A stretch of DNA of 64,000 nt from NCBI GenBank assembly GCA_951804945.1, contig OX638164.1:18228001-18292000 (forward strand). The letters are read 5' to 3'. The position numbers and the translations under genes were made by a program. The notes beneath the pieces are model-generated. The model saw nothing but the letters and a program-made list of their open reading frames with translations. It ran no database searches and was not told the origin of the DNA. Source of the stretch: Podarcis cretensis. Its lineage: Eukaryota. Each line of letters starts with the position of its first letter. Positions within the stretch are counted from its first letter, which is position 1. This document shows positions 24,460 through 36,623 of the stretch, in pieces.

Positions 24460-25901
24460 CAAGATATATCTGGCAGGGCAAAAAGCCGAGAATTAAATAT
24501 AAATTACTAACAGACGCAAAAGAAAGAGGAGGCTTTGCCCTGCCAGATTTGAAGTTATACTATGAGGCATCATGTCTTTGCTGGTTAAAAGAATGGATAA
24601 AACTTAAAAACACAAAACTTCTGGATTTAGAAGGATTTGATAACAGATTTGGGTGGCATGTGCATCTATGGAAAGAAAAGAAAAAGGGTTACAAATCGTT
24701 TGAAAACCATATCTTCCGGAAATCGTTAACTGAAGTTTGGGACAGATATAAAAATATATTAGAAACGGGTTATCCCCATTAGAGGTTATAGGAGTTAAAA
24801 AAACTAACATGAGGAGCGAATGGATTACTTATGGAGAGTTGGTGGTGAAAGAAGGAGAGAAATGGAGATTGAAACCATACGAGCATGTATATGACTGGCT
24901 GCACTACTATCAGATAAGCGATATGTTTAAAAAGGATGTGAAAGAAAAAGGGTATTAAGAAAAAGATTCAAAATTTCAAATAGAAATTGTTAATAATGAT
25001 TGTAAGATAATTTCAAAAATGTACAAAATTTTACTGGAATGGCACACGTTAGATGAGGAAGTAAAAGTGGTAATGATTCAATGGGCCAGAGACTTAGGGT
25101 ATAATATAGATATGGAAGATTGGCAAAAAATATGGAATGAAAATCTGAAGTTTACAGCATGTACTACGTTAAAAGAAAATGTTATGAAAATGGTATATAG
25201 ATGGTACATGACACCTGTTAAATTAGCAAAAATGTACAAAACTTGTAACAAATGTTGGAAATGTAAAGAGAAAGAGGGTACATTTATTCATATGTGGTGG
25301 GAATGTAAGAATGTAAGAAAGTGAAGGGGTTCTGGGAAATGATATATAATGAGTTAAAGAAAATGCTGAAATATAGCTTTGTAAAGAAACCAGAAACCTT
25401 CCTACTGGGAATAACTAGAAAGGAAATAAATAAGAGGGACTGTAAACTCTTTCAGTATGTGATAACAGCAGCGAGAATATTGATGGCTCAAAAATGGAAA
25501 CAAGAAGAAGTACCGACTTTGGAAGAATGGAGAACAAAACTGACAGACTATGCAGAACTGGATAAATTAACTGGAAAAATTAGATTGCAAAGAGATCATA
25601 AGTTTTTAGAGGACTGGGGAAAATTTAGAGAATATTTGAAAACTGTATGTGAGGAATATACAACGCTAGTGTGTTTTAAAGAAGCTTTGTGAAAAAATAA
25701 GGAATATTGTAAGAATGCAAATGAGGATAGAAAAATTGTATTTAAAGGCGATACTAAAATTAAGGAATGCGAAGATAGAAATTTAACTACGGATGATTGT
25801 CAGAGGAGTTGAGGGAGGTCCAATAAGTTAAAATATGTGATGTGAAAATTTGTATGATTGGAGATTTTATGGAAAAATTTAATAAAAAATTTAAAAAGCT
25901 C
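24460..25901 (+). mobile_element. 5'-truncated L1-clade LINE (ORF2 C-terminal part, 3'UTR, A-rich tail)
   Basis: Disrupted frames with ERGGFALPDLKLYYEA, KCWKC...FIHMWWEC and ARILMAQKWK; AATAAA at 25881-25886; 16-bp TSD gagattgcccacgtgt (24444-24459 / 25902-25917). Confidence 0.93.
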
Positions 25902-26025
25902 GAGATTGCCCACGTGTTCTGAAGATATCACAGTCTACAATTCCCATCATTCCTGCCCACTGGTGGCTTGGGCTGATGGGCGTTGTAGTCCATCTGGAGG
26001 ACACCATGTTGGCTACCCATGGTGT

Positions 26026-27250
26026 TGGTTGGCATCCATTTGTCTTGGGAGACAATGGAGGTGTGTGCCTTTGGGGGTGAAATCAAACTGTTGGAAGGTC
26101 ACAGCGTCTGTTGTGGCTGTAGAAACCAGAGGTCTGCAACCTAAGGCCCACGGGCTGGATATGAGGGGAATCTGTGGTTTTTTTCTAATGGCACGGGCAC
26201 CGTTCCCCCCTGCTGACATTTCCCCCCTGTTCCCTCATTGTGGCGGAACCTCCCCCTCCTCCAGGTGTAGCAAATCGCTGGCCAATCGCCTGCTAAGGTT
26301 TGAGACCCTGGCCAATGGGTGAGCAGCGGCTGAGCGTGGCCAAGAGGAGGAAGGAGGAAGGGGGCTGGGCTGAGCTGGCTGACCGCATTTCCAGCAGCGC
26401 CTTGTGGGAGCAAGCTGTTTGCCCCCACTGCTTGTGCCCCCACTGTTTCTGCCAAGTGCGGCTCCTGTGCCTGCCCTTGCGAGTGGCAGAGGCTGTTGTT
26501 GCCATCGCTGGAGGAACGAGCAGCCCTAAAGCAGCCCTTTCAGGCTGTTCCTTCCTCCTCCGCCACCTTTGCTGCTGTTGGCGGTGGCGGCGGTGGCGGC
26601 GGAGGAACGAGCAACCTGAAAGCAGCCCTTTCAGGCTGCTCATTCTTCCTCCGCCACTGCTGCCACCAGCCTCTGCCTCTTGGCAGAACACTAGGTAGGC
26701 AGGGGGACAAGGAGGGACTGGGGGGGGGAGAGAGAAGCCCCCCCTGTCGTGTGCGTGTGTGCACACACATGCACTCCAGCCCACCAGGAGGTTTGTGGTG
26801 AAGTGAACCGGCCCACCCCCCGAAAAGCTTGCCGACCCTGGTAGAGACTGATGTGGGAGAGATAGGTTTTGTTGCAGCTGGGACAGATGAAGCTGCAGAT
26901 GCACCACAGCATTTCTTCTCTCTGCACTTCTCCTTGTAGTCATTCCTCCTCTGGTCACTGCTATGGATGCACAACCTGACTGCCTGTCTCCAGGCACTGC
27001 AGTCATGTGCAAGGGATTCCCACATGGCGGGGTTGATGTTGCCAGCCTTCATGTTATGTTTGCAGACATCTTTGTAACACAGAGTTGATCTGCCAACGGT
27101 CCTGGTGCCTGAAGCCAGCTCTCCTAAGGTCATGTCCTTGGGGATCCTGCCATATTCCATTCTGAGGACACGACCAAGCCAGTGTAGATGTCACTGAGAC
27201 AGGAGTGTAAACATGCTGGGAATGTAGGAGAATGTGGGAGAGCACATCTT
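26026..27250 (-). mobile_element. RTE-clade LINE 3' fragment (non-BovB), interrupted by a hAT element
   Basis: WLGRVLRMEYGRIPKD...GELASGTR..GR..L.YKDVCK..MKA motif and a C-terminal FICPSCNK zinc-finger remnant. Confidence 0.85.
26127..26840. mobile_element. Non-autonomous hAT DNA transposon, GC-rich
   Basis: TIRs cagaggtctgcaacct / agcttgccgaccctg; 8-bp TSD gtagaaac / gtagagac. Confidence 0.85.
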
Positions 27251-28068
27251 TGTATAGAGTGACAATACTTATCTAGAAGGACCATCTATAAGGCAGCTTC
27301 CTATGCTCCTATCTGGTTGGCCAATGGATCAGATGGACCTTTGGTCAGATCTTTTCTTCTGCAACTTTTTCAAAGAGGCCCAGCAAGGCTGACTCCAATG
27401 AGTACTATGGCAAGCCTTGCCTTTGTGAGATGTAGGCGATACACACCAATGACACATTTGTGAATGGGATGTCTTCCTACACAGACCATTTGCGTATGCT
27501 CTTGAGACTTCACCCTGCAGTACCTCCTGCTCGGGTAAACGAGACAGTGGGGAGATGACCTCATATATCAGACACTCCAGCTATGTTTAAGTCAGATGTT
27601 AACATCTTATCAGAATTCTGGCTTCTTTTGGCACTGGCTCACGGAACCGTCTTCATGATAGAAAAATGCAAGCGTTACACAACGACGCGGCTATTGAGAA
27701 ACAGCAAACGGTCCCTGCATTCCCAGACGTGCTTCCCTGTGTCAGCTTCTTGCCTTTGTGACTTCACCATAATTGTTCAATTAAGGCACACCAATAATAC
27801 TTAGAAGCAACTGTGCAGACTGTGTTCTACTCCCTACTCCATGCACCTTCTCTGCCAACTGAAGCCGGGGAAGTTAACACCAAAACAGAAGAGATTAGAA
27901 CATTGGGCCCAGTTCTTAAATAGCCAGCCTTGCTTTTGAATGAATGGTATCTGCTACCAGTCAGTGGATTATGATTGTGGTAGGCCAGGGATGGGGAACC
28001 TGTGGCCATCCAGCTGTTGTTGGACTCCAACCCCCATCAGCACAGCCAACAGTCAGAGATGATAGGAG

Positions 28069-28972
28069 TGTCGGAGCTTCCATACAACCGAGCTATAATA
28101 GCTCTCCTCCTCGTCGTATCTTTGGAATCCATTGACCTCTGCTCCGACAGTGATTAACAACCTAAGACTTTAATGAGGCTTCAGGCATGCTCCCCATTAC
28201 GCAGAGTACCTGGACAGCAGACGGAGCCAGGAAATATGTGCTACATTGCTATCTTTATTTCTATCTACGCAGGACAGAAAAGAATATGCATCTGTTCTCT
28301 GTGAGAGACAGTGAACAACAGGAACAAAGAAACAGGAAACCAGTAACTTCAACATCCGTCTCCCGTCTCCCGTGAGACTTCCAGCAGTCTGGAATGTCAA
28401 CAGAGTCTTGTGACTCCAAAAACTGCACAGTGGCATAACAGAAATCTAACAAGGAGTTGGAGAGCCAAAGGTTAGCCAGACCTGATGTGGACTGCGGATG
28501 AATGACTTTTACTCCTCTGAAGTTCAAGTGCAGCTGGGTCTTTTGGTCAGGAGGCAAGCTGAAGGTGTTCAGAGGAAGGCCCTGACAGCCTCCCTCAGTG
28601 ACATCATGTCCAGATGAAGGGAAGGCGGGAAGTCTGAGAACTTGACATCAACACATGGCAACAGATTAGCCCTGGTTTGCCAGGCCAAGAGGATTACGGT
28701 CTGTGGCCCAAATGCCTGTTATTCCTTTCACTAACCTGGTAAAACAGGAGGAAAGCCAGTGTCTGATCTGGAGGCTCCTGGTCTGAAAAAGTCCTACCAT
28801 GTATTTCATCAGGCCCTTTTCAGAGGTTATGGCAGTCTGAATGTGGATACCATCTGGAGGAACCCAGACCATGTGGGGCCTCTCCATGTGATGGGCTGCT
28901 TGTGCAATGCTGACTATGCCTATGAAACTTTGCATCGTTAAAATGGACCTGAAATGTATGGCTCTTGCTACA
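28069..28972 (-). mobile_element. LTR-like segment; right boundary uncertain (28663 or 28972)
   Basis: Abruptly truncates a MITE at TGTCGG; minus-strand AATAAA at about 28255-28260; candidate TGT starts on the minus strand. Confidence 0.4.
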
Positions 28973-31900
28973 CACGAAGAGCCAGTTTAGCAGCTGCATG
29001 GTTTGATTTCCCATAAGCAACCAGAACCCACCCCTAATATTGTATGAAGCTGGCCCAAGGTCCCTAATGTATGGAGCAGAAGACAATACAACATATACTC
29101 AGGCTGTGTACACAACGTGCATTTAAATCACATGTCTTCTCCCAAATAATCCTGGGGACTCTTAATTTGTTAGGGATGCTGGGAATTGTAGCTATGTAAG
29201 AGATAAACTATGGCAGACAGGATTATTTGGGGGAACTCATGTGCTTTAAATGTGCTTTAAATGTATGGTGTGTGCACAGCAGTAGAGAAAGGGCAAGTGT
29301 CCACACAGGCCACTGGTGTGGTTGCTGGTTATGTCCTTCCTGCTTTTTCCAGGCTGACAGTGGATAGCAATCACGTCACTGATGTCTCGTTACACAATCT
29401 GAGGCCCCTTTTCTCAGCACAGATCCTTTAATTTTTCTCTCCTCTTCTTATCCCCTGTCCTCCACCCATTCAGCAGCCCTGTATACAAATGTTCTGGCTC
29501 CTTATCCCTGCCTTGAATCCACAAACAAATAAAAAAGCTGGAAAGCAAAGATGTAAACTAAACTGAGCAAACAGCTATTTGATGAAGATTATGAGGTTAG
29601 GTTCACTTGTTCCACCATCTGGTGTCTATTTACACCCTTTCCCTCAGCTCTTTTCTCTTTCAGGAGAGGAACAAAGAAGTTTGGCTGGCCCCAGAGTGAG
29701 AGAACCTGGCTGCTCTGGGGTAAACAACAGCCACCTGGGTAAAGAAGCCCCTTGGGCTGGTGATGGAAGGGACATTTCACTAGGCTGGACTCTTGAGGAG
29801 TTGGATTCAAGACAGGTTGGCCCTCTTTTCTCAACTGAAGACAAATCTGTTGCACAGGCTTTGAGCTTCACCAAAGGCAGGCAGAATTCCTCTTGCTTTC
29901 CACAGGGGAAAGCCACTCTTTAGCACTCAGTTGGAGCAGACGGCAATAGGGTTTTCTGTGGATTGCCATTTGTTCCGATTTAGAGCTAAAGAGTGGGTTT
30001 TCCCTTGGGAAAGGAGCAGGGTGAGGGGAAAACAGCTTGGACCCGTGCCTAGAAAGCATGGGTCAAGCAGAAAACTGCTCAGCCCCCATGCTTTCTAGGC
30101 ATAGGACAAGGGGCAGTGTAGACAAGCCCTAACTCTGTCTCCAGCAACTTCTCCAAAGCTGGTTATTAATAGTCATGACATCAGCCAGGTTCTCATTCTG
30201 CTTGCTAGTCTTGTTCCAGGTATTCTTCATCTGTCTTGCTCCTTACCACTTCCCTGCCTGCCTGCCAGCTTCCCAAACTCTTTGCTGCATCCTTCTTCCC
30301 AACCCTTTTGAGCTGACTTTTCCAGATTCATAGACCTCCAGGTTGATCCTGCCAGGATTTAAGGTAGTTGCTCAGGCCTGCAGGCAAACATCTATGGGCT
30401 CATCCAAACTTTGATTTGTGTCATATTTTGTAAGCACAAGTCCGTGATTTCCAGGCACAGGTCTGAGTGGGGTTTTTGTTTTTTGGTCTCCTCAAGAAAA
30501 CCTGCTGTTCACTGTTGAATCAGAACAAACGTCAATCAGTTTTTCTGTGGATCAGTGTTTGTTCCAATTCAGTGGTAAACAGTGGCAGTGTTTGGCAGAA
30601 CAACAACCAAACAAAAACAAGAAACCCCGCTCAGACCCATGTCTGGAAAGCATGGACCTATGCTTACAAATCATGGCACAAATGGAAGTCTGGATGAACC
30701 CTCTGTCTCTCTTCCCAAGCCACACACCCTTAAGTGTTTTTCCTGCCTAGAATGTATCCTCAAACTCTTGCTTCCCTGGATGGAGGACATAGAGGGGTGT
30801 GTGAGTGTGCATAGACTTTGCTTCTGCCCCACCCACCACTGGCATGTGGGCCCAGGAAAGTTGCCCAGAAGGGAACATGGCTTTCAGGATGAGAAATATT
30901 GTGGGTAGGGAACCTATCTAGGCTACTATTGTCTGTTTCAACTGATGGAGTAGAGCTTTTTGCCACCACCTGCTACTTTTAGTTGGAGGTGCCAGAATTT
31001 GAACCTGGGACTTCCTACCTGCAAAGCGTATGTTTTACCGCTTTCCTTCCTCAGTTGTCCCTCAGCTTCCCATGTGTTCAAACAATTGCAGCTCTTCACT
31101 GAAACCACTTAAAAGATGATGGAGGCAAAGGAATTGCAGCTTCCTCAGGACCACCCAAAGAGTGTTTGAGCTGCGTTTGACCTCGAACTTTGGGTCAGAG
31201 TCTAATTTAAAATATCACCATTTGATTCTTTTAACAGAAATCCACTTGTAACAATAATAACGGAACTATTATAGTGACTCAGTTGCACCTGATTAACAAT
31301 CTACAGTGCAGAGATTCTCCACAAAACATGACTCACTGAACTGTATTCATATCCTTGGCATTCACTTGGACCCCTGTGTAAAACAGAGTGGAAATAATCC
31401 ACTTGGCACTTCTGTGTAGCTTAGAGCTTGCTGATGACTCTTGGTTGAAATATTCAGTTAAATATGTCTATTGTTTTGGTCCAGTCAGAGGGCAAATATT
31501 TAGCATGAATAAGGTGCCAGGTTCAGCCTCTGATAACTCCAATTAAAGAGTCTAAAGTAGCTAGGGAAGAAGCTGAGCTAGGAAACACTTTTGTTGGTGT
31601 GTACAGACAGACATAATCAGAGGTGTCAATCCTGGATAAAGCTGAGGAGGAAATTGGTTCTATTAATTTCCATCCTGCAGAACTGATTGGCTAGACTTTA
31701 TGACACAACACACAATGGCCAGCTTTTGTGACATCATGGAGCTAGCATATGCTGACTGATTAGTTTTTCTGATGTCATGGAGCCATCTCTCCCCACGCAC
31801 GATTCTCTAGAGTAGTTTCTCAAGGAAGAAGAGAAAGGGGAAAGAAGAAATTGAACAAAACCTAGTAGGAGAAACCCAGTTGAGTCTACCCTTGACTGAA

Positions 31901-32923
31901 AACACAGGCTTGTGTCAGTACATGTCAAGCATGTTCAGTGTACACTTCCAAAGTGTGGCTGTGTCAACATATTTTCAAACCTATCTAAGCTCATTAGGGA
32001 GTCAGAACTGGCTGCAGCTCCATTGTGTGTACACTCAGAACCATTTCACAACTTACACAGTATCAAATCCAGGTTTGCCATCAGGTGCACGCTCAATTGG
32101 GAACTGCAGCCAATCCTGGCTCCCCACTGAGTGCACTGTGCTACACATTGCATTTTTGGAGTGTACAACAAATGCATTGTAAGCGCACAAATAAGAAAAG
32201 CAAAGTGAGAAGAATCAGCTCCAAGGAGGAAGAATCAACGCTCCGCTGGTGCCTTGCGGTGGAGACACTATCAGGTCAGCTTGTGTCTGAGGGAAGGCCT
32301 GACCACAGTAGCTGACCACACAGAACAGACTCAAGAGGCACCGTCCGGGAGCTAGTGGTGCAAAGCTAATAAGAGTCAGCTTGTTGGGAATCATTTGCCT
32401 TGGGGAAAGGGGAGTGAAGCCGGCAGCCTGTGCTGTTTACCAGACTATCAGCAGAATTCCTGGTAGTTTCTGCAAGGGCCTTGGCTCCCATCTCAAATAT
32501 AGCACCTCCGTTGGCGGTTTAAAGTGCGAGCCAGGAATTTCCTTGCACAAAGCCAAGTGGCAGTCAAAGGATGCTGCAGGCAGTGTTTGGGCATTGGATA
32601 GCTGGAGAGGGGCTGAATCACCCCACTCCTTGGCTTCCTCCTTCCCTTCTCCCCCATTGGGACTGCACCCACATTTCATTTCCCCAAGATCTTTCTCCAC
32701 CTCTTTGTCTTACCTCTTAAAACAAATCCCTTCTCCCTTTCTCTCCTGCATTCTTTCACCTTCTCATTTCATCTTTACAACTTCAACCATTTCAGACCTG
32801 CACTGAGGGGCTGTAGCTTTGCATGCAAAAGGTCCCAGGTTCAGTCCTTGGCTTCTTCAGCTAGGACTGGGAGAGAGACTCCTTGTCATAAGTCCTGGAG
32901 CGCCACTGATAGTCAGTGTAGAC

Positions 32924-33109
32924 CAGGGATAGTCAAACTTTTTATACCTTCCGCCCACTAATGCATCTTTCTGGATGGTAAAATTTCCTTACTGCCCACC
33001 AGTGCTCAATGGAAGGAGGATTCAGCTTGTGCCCTAGAACTCCCTGCTGCCCACCTAGAATCCTGAAACGCCCACTAGTGGGTGGTAGGGACCAGGTCGA
33101 CAACCCCTG
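32924..33109. mobile_element. hAT MITE nested in a Squam2-like SINE
   Basis: TIRs cagggatagtcaaact / aggtcgacaacccctg; TSD gtgtagac / gtgtagat. Confidence 0.82.
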
Positions 33110-33170
33110 GTGTAGATAGTGCTGAGTTAGATGGACCACTGGTCTTACATGGTATAAGATAGATTTCCAT

Positions 33171-33663
33171 TGTCGTGAGTTTGGGCTGTAGATTAGGCTG
33201 TACAATGCCCAAGTCCCTTCTAATTCCTGGATCCTGCAAAGGTTAAAATCAAAAGGGTTTAAATCATTATTGAAGGAGCCAGGCAAAGGCCATGATGACC
33301 CCTGCGTGTGAGTTGCTAGCATAAGAAAGCTAGAAAGCTTCTGGGTGGGCCCTTTCCCCCTCTTGGCTGGTAGTGAGAAGGTCAATAGCCAGTGTGTGAG
33401 AGAGAGCTGGGCTCTAAGCAGACTGCAGGCAGAAGCCTGAGAAGGAGAGTAATGCTTGATTTCTGCTTGAAGCCAAGGCTGTAGCTATGGAAGAAGCAAT
33501 ACTGAACCTTCTAGGGTGTTGATGCTGTGAGCCCCTCCATCTTTGGCTCAGGTTGTATATATGTGTAAATAAGCCATTTACCCTAAGTCCCCACTGTCCC
33601 TTATTCCAAGGAAGCTGAACCCTGGGCAAGTGCCTGGAAGCACTGGATCAGCTTTCCATGACA
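33171..33663 (+). mobile_element. Probable solo LTR (493 bp)
   Basis: TGTCGTG...CATGACA inverted termini and a tgtaaataag poly(A)-like signal at about 33564; no matching TSD. Confidence 0.55.
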
Positions 33664-34000
33664 AGTTACTAGGAAGAAAGAAGTGGAGGGAGAAAAGGTA
33701 AGATTTAGCAAGGTCCAAAGTCACACTCTTTGATATGTTCAAAGTTCAATTGCAGGAAAGTAATGGATTTCTAGGAGCATTTGCTGCATTTAGTTTTGAT
33801 AATTGGTCTTTTTTTTGTAATTTTGTTTTGATTTGGTATCACAGTGCTTTAAATGTATGCCATGATTGTGGCCAATGCCCAGTTGTAATCCAAACAACAA
33901 CCCTGTAGAATATGTCAGCATTGTTATCTCTCAGGTTGCAGATTAGGGCAAGAGGAGTAAGACCAAGGGAGAGTGGCTTGTCTGCAATCACTGAGTAACT

Positions 34001-34428
34001 TTGTTGTTGTTTAGTCGTTTAGTCGTGTCCGACTCTTCGTGACCCCATGGACCAGAGCACGCCAGGCACTCCTGTCTTCTACTGCCTCCCGCAGTTTGGA
34101 CAGACTCATGTTTGTAGCTTCGAGAACACTGTCCAACCATCTCGTCTTCTGTCGTCCCCTTCTCCTTGTGCCCTCCATCTTTCCCAACATCAGGGTCTTT
34201 TCCAGGGAGTCTTCTCTTCTCATGAGGTGGCCAAAGTATTGGAGCCTCAGCTTCACTATCTGTCCTTCCAGTGAGCACTCAGGCCTAATTTCCTTAAGAA
34301 TGGATGCGTTTGATCTTCTTGCAGTCCATGGGACTCTCAAGAGTCTCCTCCAGCACCATAATTCAAAAGCATCAATTCTTCGGCGATCAGCCTTCTTTAT
34401 GGTCCAGCTCTCACTTCCATACATCACT
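34001..34428 (-). mobile_element. BovB (RTE) LINE 3' end, 5'-truncated
   Basis: Open frame YGSESWTIKKADRRRIDAFELWCWRRLLRVPWTARRSN...VHGVTKSRTRLND followed by a (CAA)n tail. Confidence 0.95.
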
Positions 34429-36575
34429 AGAACAAAAACTTAATTGATTCTAATTTGCTTCAGTAGTCTCATATAAATCTTCTTTTCTGTGTGTCACTTT
34501 GAGACTTTGTTTGTGGGGGAGGAAAGCAATCAAATAATTAAATTTAACACCTGCCCTTCACCATGGCTTTTAGCAATTTAAAATTTAGAATTAAAAACAG
34601 TTAAAACAGGTGACAGGTATAGGGTGGGTCCTTAAAACACGTCTCAGGTGTCAAACAACAGTATGGATTGAGCCCTCATTCCATCTTGTAGTATTTCGGC
34701 TCAAACATAGACCTCCTCATAAGCCAATTCCCCACTTGTGGGAGGAAAGTAGCATCCATCCCTATGGCTGCTTTTCCATTTCCGGTGTCTGTCCCCTGCG
34801 ATTGGATTTCATTTTTTTAAAAAAGTGTTGGGAGAATGTTACGTGTTTTCCTTCTGCAGTGCCTGAGCTTGGCCCAGAGTCCTAGAAGGGAATTTAAAGC
34901 TATCTTATTACAGCAGGAATAAAGGGAGGCACAAAATGGGAAGCATATCTTGGCAAAAATCTCCCGCTGAGCAGGCGAGAGGAGGACCAGTTCCAAAACT
35001 TTTTGCTGCAACGATGGTTCCCTGGTTCCTCAAAAAATCTCGCTGGAAATCACCAGTGAGTCTTCAGAAACTGGGGCATACCTGTCCATCATTCTCCCTG
35101 ACCTAAATCTGGACTCTACCCTTATTTGCCTATCTGCATTGTATGCAACATGGTCCAGTGGACCTTTGCCATATCCCGTGAGCCACATACAGAAGCTGCT
35201 CCCCATAACTCATTTGGGGATTCTGTCCTGACCCTCCACTTAGGCATCCTTCCTCTAGATCATGTTTCCTGCCACAAGCAGAATCCTGGAGTCCCTGACT
35301 CTGTCCATTTAAAATATGTAGACCAGCTATTTGTAAGCTGGATGCCCTCCAGTTGCTAGTATGGCGTAAAAAAGTACAACCCTCTTCCCCACAGGGCGGC
35401 TGCCTGATTTATCTCTGCACTATCCATTGCTTGGGATTTGCCTCCTGCCATTTGTTGGGAGCGGGCAATTCTGTCCCACTAGGAGGAGACCGGTGTATTC
35501 AGTCACTCGAAACAATATTAGGTAGCCCCAGATGGGGCTGTGTGCTGTGTGTGTATATGCATGCGTCAGGCACCGAACTGTGTCTGGAAAGCACAGTGCA
35601 AAAGGAAGTCTGGATGAGCCCTTACTCGTATGCCGTTTTGGGGTAAGAATGAGGCATGCATCATTAGACCTTATGCAGCACCTTGATGCATCAAATCAAA
35701 GGTCTGTCTACATCCAGCATCTTTTCCCCACAATGGCCAACCAGATGTCTCTGGGAAACCCACAAGTAAAAATGGAAAGCGGTATCCCCACTTCCAACAA
35801 CTGGTTTACCCCTTGGGGCTGACTAGAGCTGCCAGACTCGCCTTCTATGAATTTGTCTGATCACTTTTTCAAACTAATGGATGGCAGGGAGTTCCATAAT
35901 TGTGTTTAGTTGGACGTACCTCCTCATTGAACATATCTCTTCCACCTATCAATCTCACTGGGTGATTCTGAGTTCTGGTATTATGGCAGAATGAGAAAAA
36001 GCTCTCTAATGCACATGCATAATTCTACTAGATTGATTACATCACCTGCTTCTTACCTTTCTTTTTCTGAACTAAAATGTCCCAATTACTGTAGCCTCTC
36101 TTCATAGGCCAGACACTGCAGCCCCCTTGATAATCTCAGTTTCCCCTTTCCTGCCCCCTTTTTGAGTATCCTTTTTGAGAGGTTCAATTTTTATGGGAGT
36201 TGGGGGAAGGAGTGTGTGTCCTCCATCAAAGTCTTAGGAAACACTGACACACAGGGGACATTTCACAATGAATTCTGAAGCAACGTCACCTGTTTCTTTT
36301 CAGCGTGGGACATGAGCAATTGTTTGACAACCTGATAACCATAATACTATTCCAGGGCTGGCCTGCTTTCCTCCCAGCCCTTGGAAGCTACTCACGCTGG
36401 GTCCTCAGCCATCGCCTCCAGAATAACAATGTTCACTTGTGTGGCGCGTTTTTCATACCAGAGTGCTTCATAATCAGCAGTTGTTTTGCCAATGTTTGCT
36501 CTAGAGGAGGACTGTGGCAGCTGTTTAGCATTACATAGAAGGTAGAGGAGGAAGTGGAGAAGAATCCTGCAGTCC

Positions 36576-36577
<2 letters not shown>

Positions 36578-36621
<44 letters not shown>
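36578..36621. repeat. (TG)n microsatellite
   Basis: Direct reading. Confidence 0.95.

Positions 36622-36623
<2 letters not shown>

Larger units (their letters stand above)
24315..27310 (+). mobile_element. tRNA/CR1-tail SINE (Squam2-like) split into about 24315-24441 and 27251-27310 by nested insertions
   Basis: 5' half ends in tgtagac; 3' half gacaatact...tataaggcagcttcctatg. Related copies at about 7347-7520, 10605-10762, 13395-13560, 32805-33168, 48124-48258 and 54477-54575. Confidence 0.7.

Noticed and set aside
26293-27160. Long overlapping ORFs of 206-239 aa
   Set aside because: They are read-through of a GC-rich hAT element fused to a decayed RTE fragment, not host genes.
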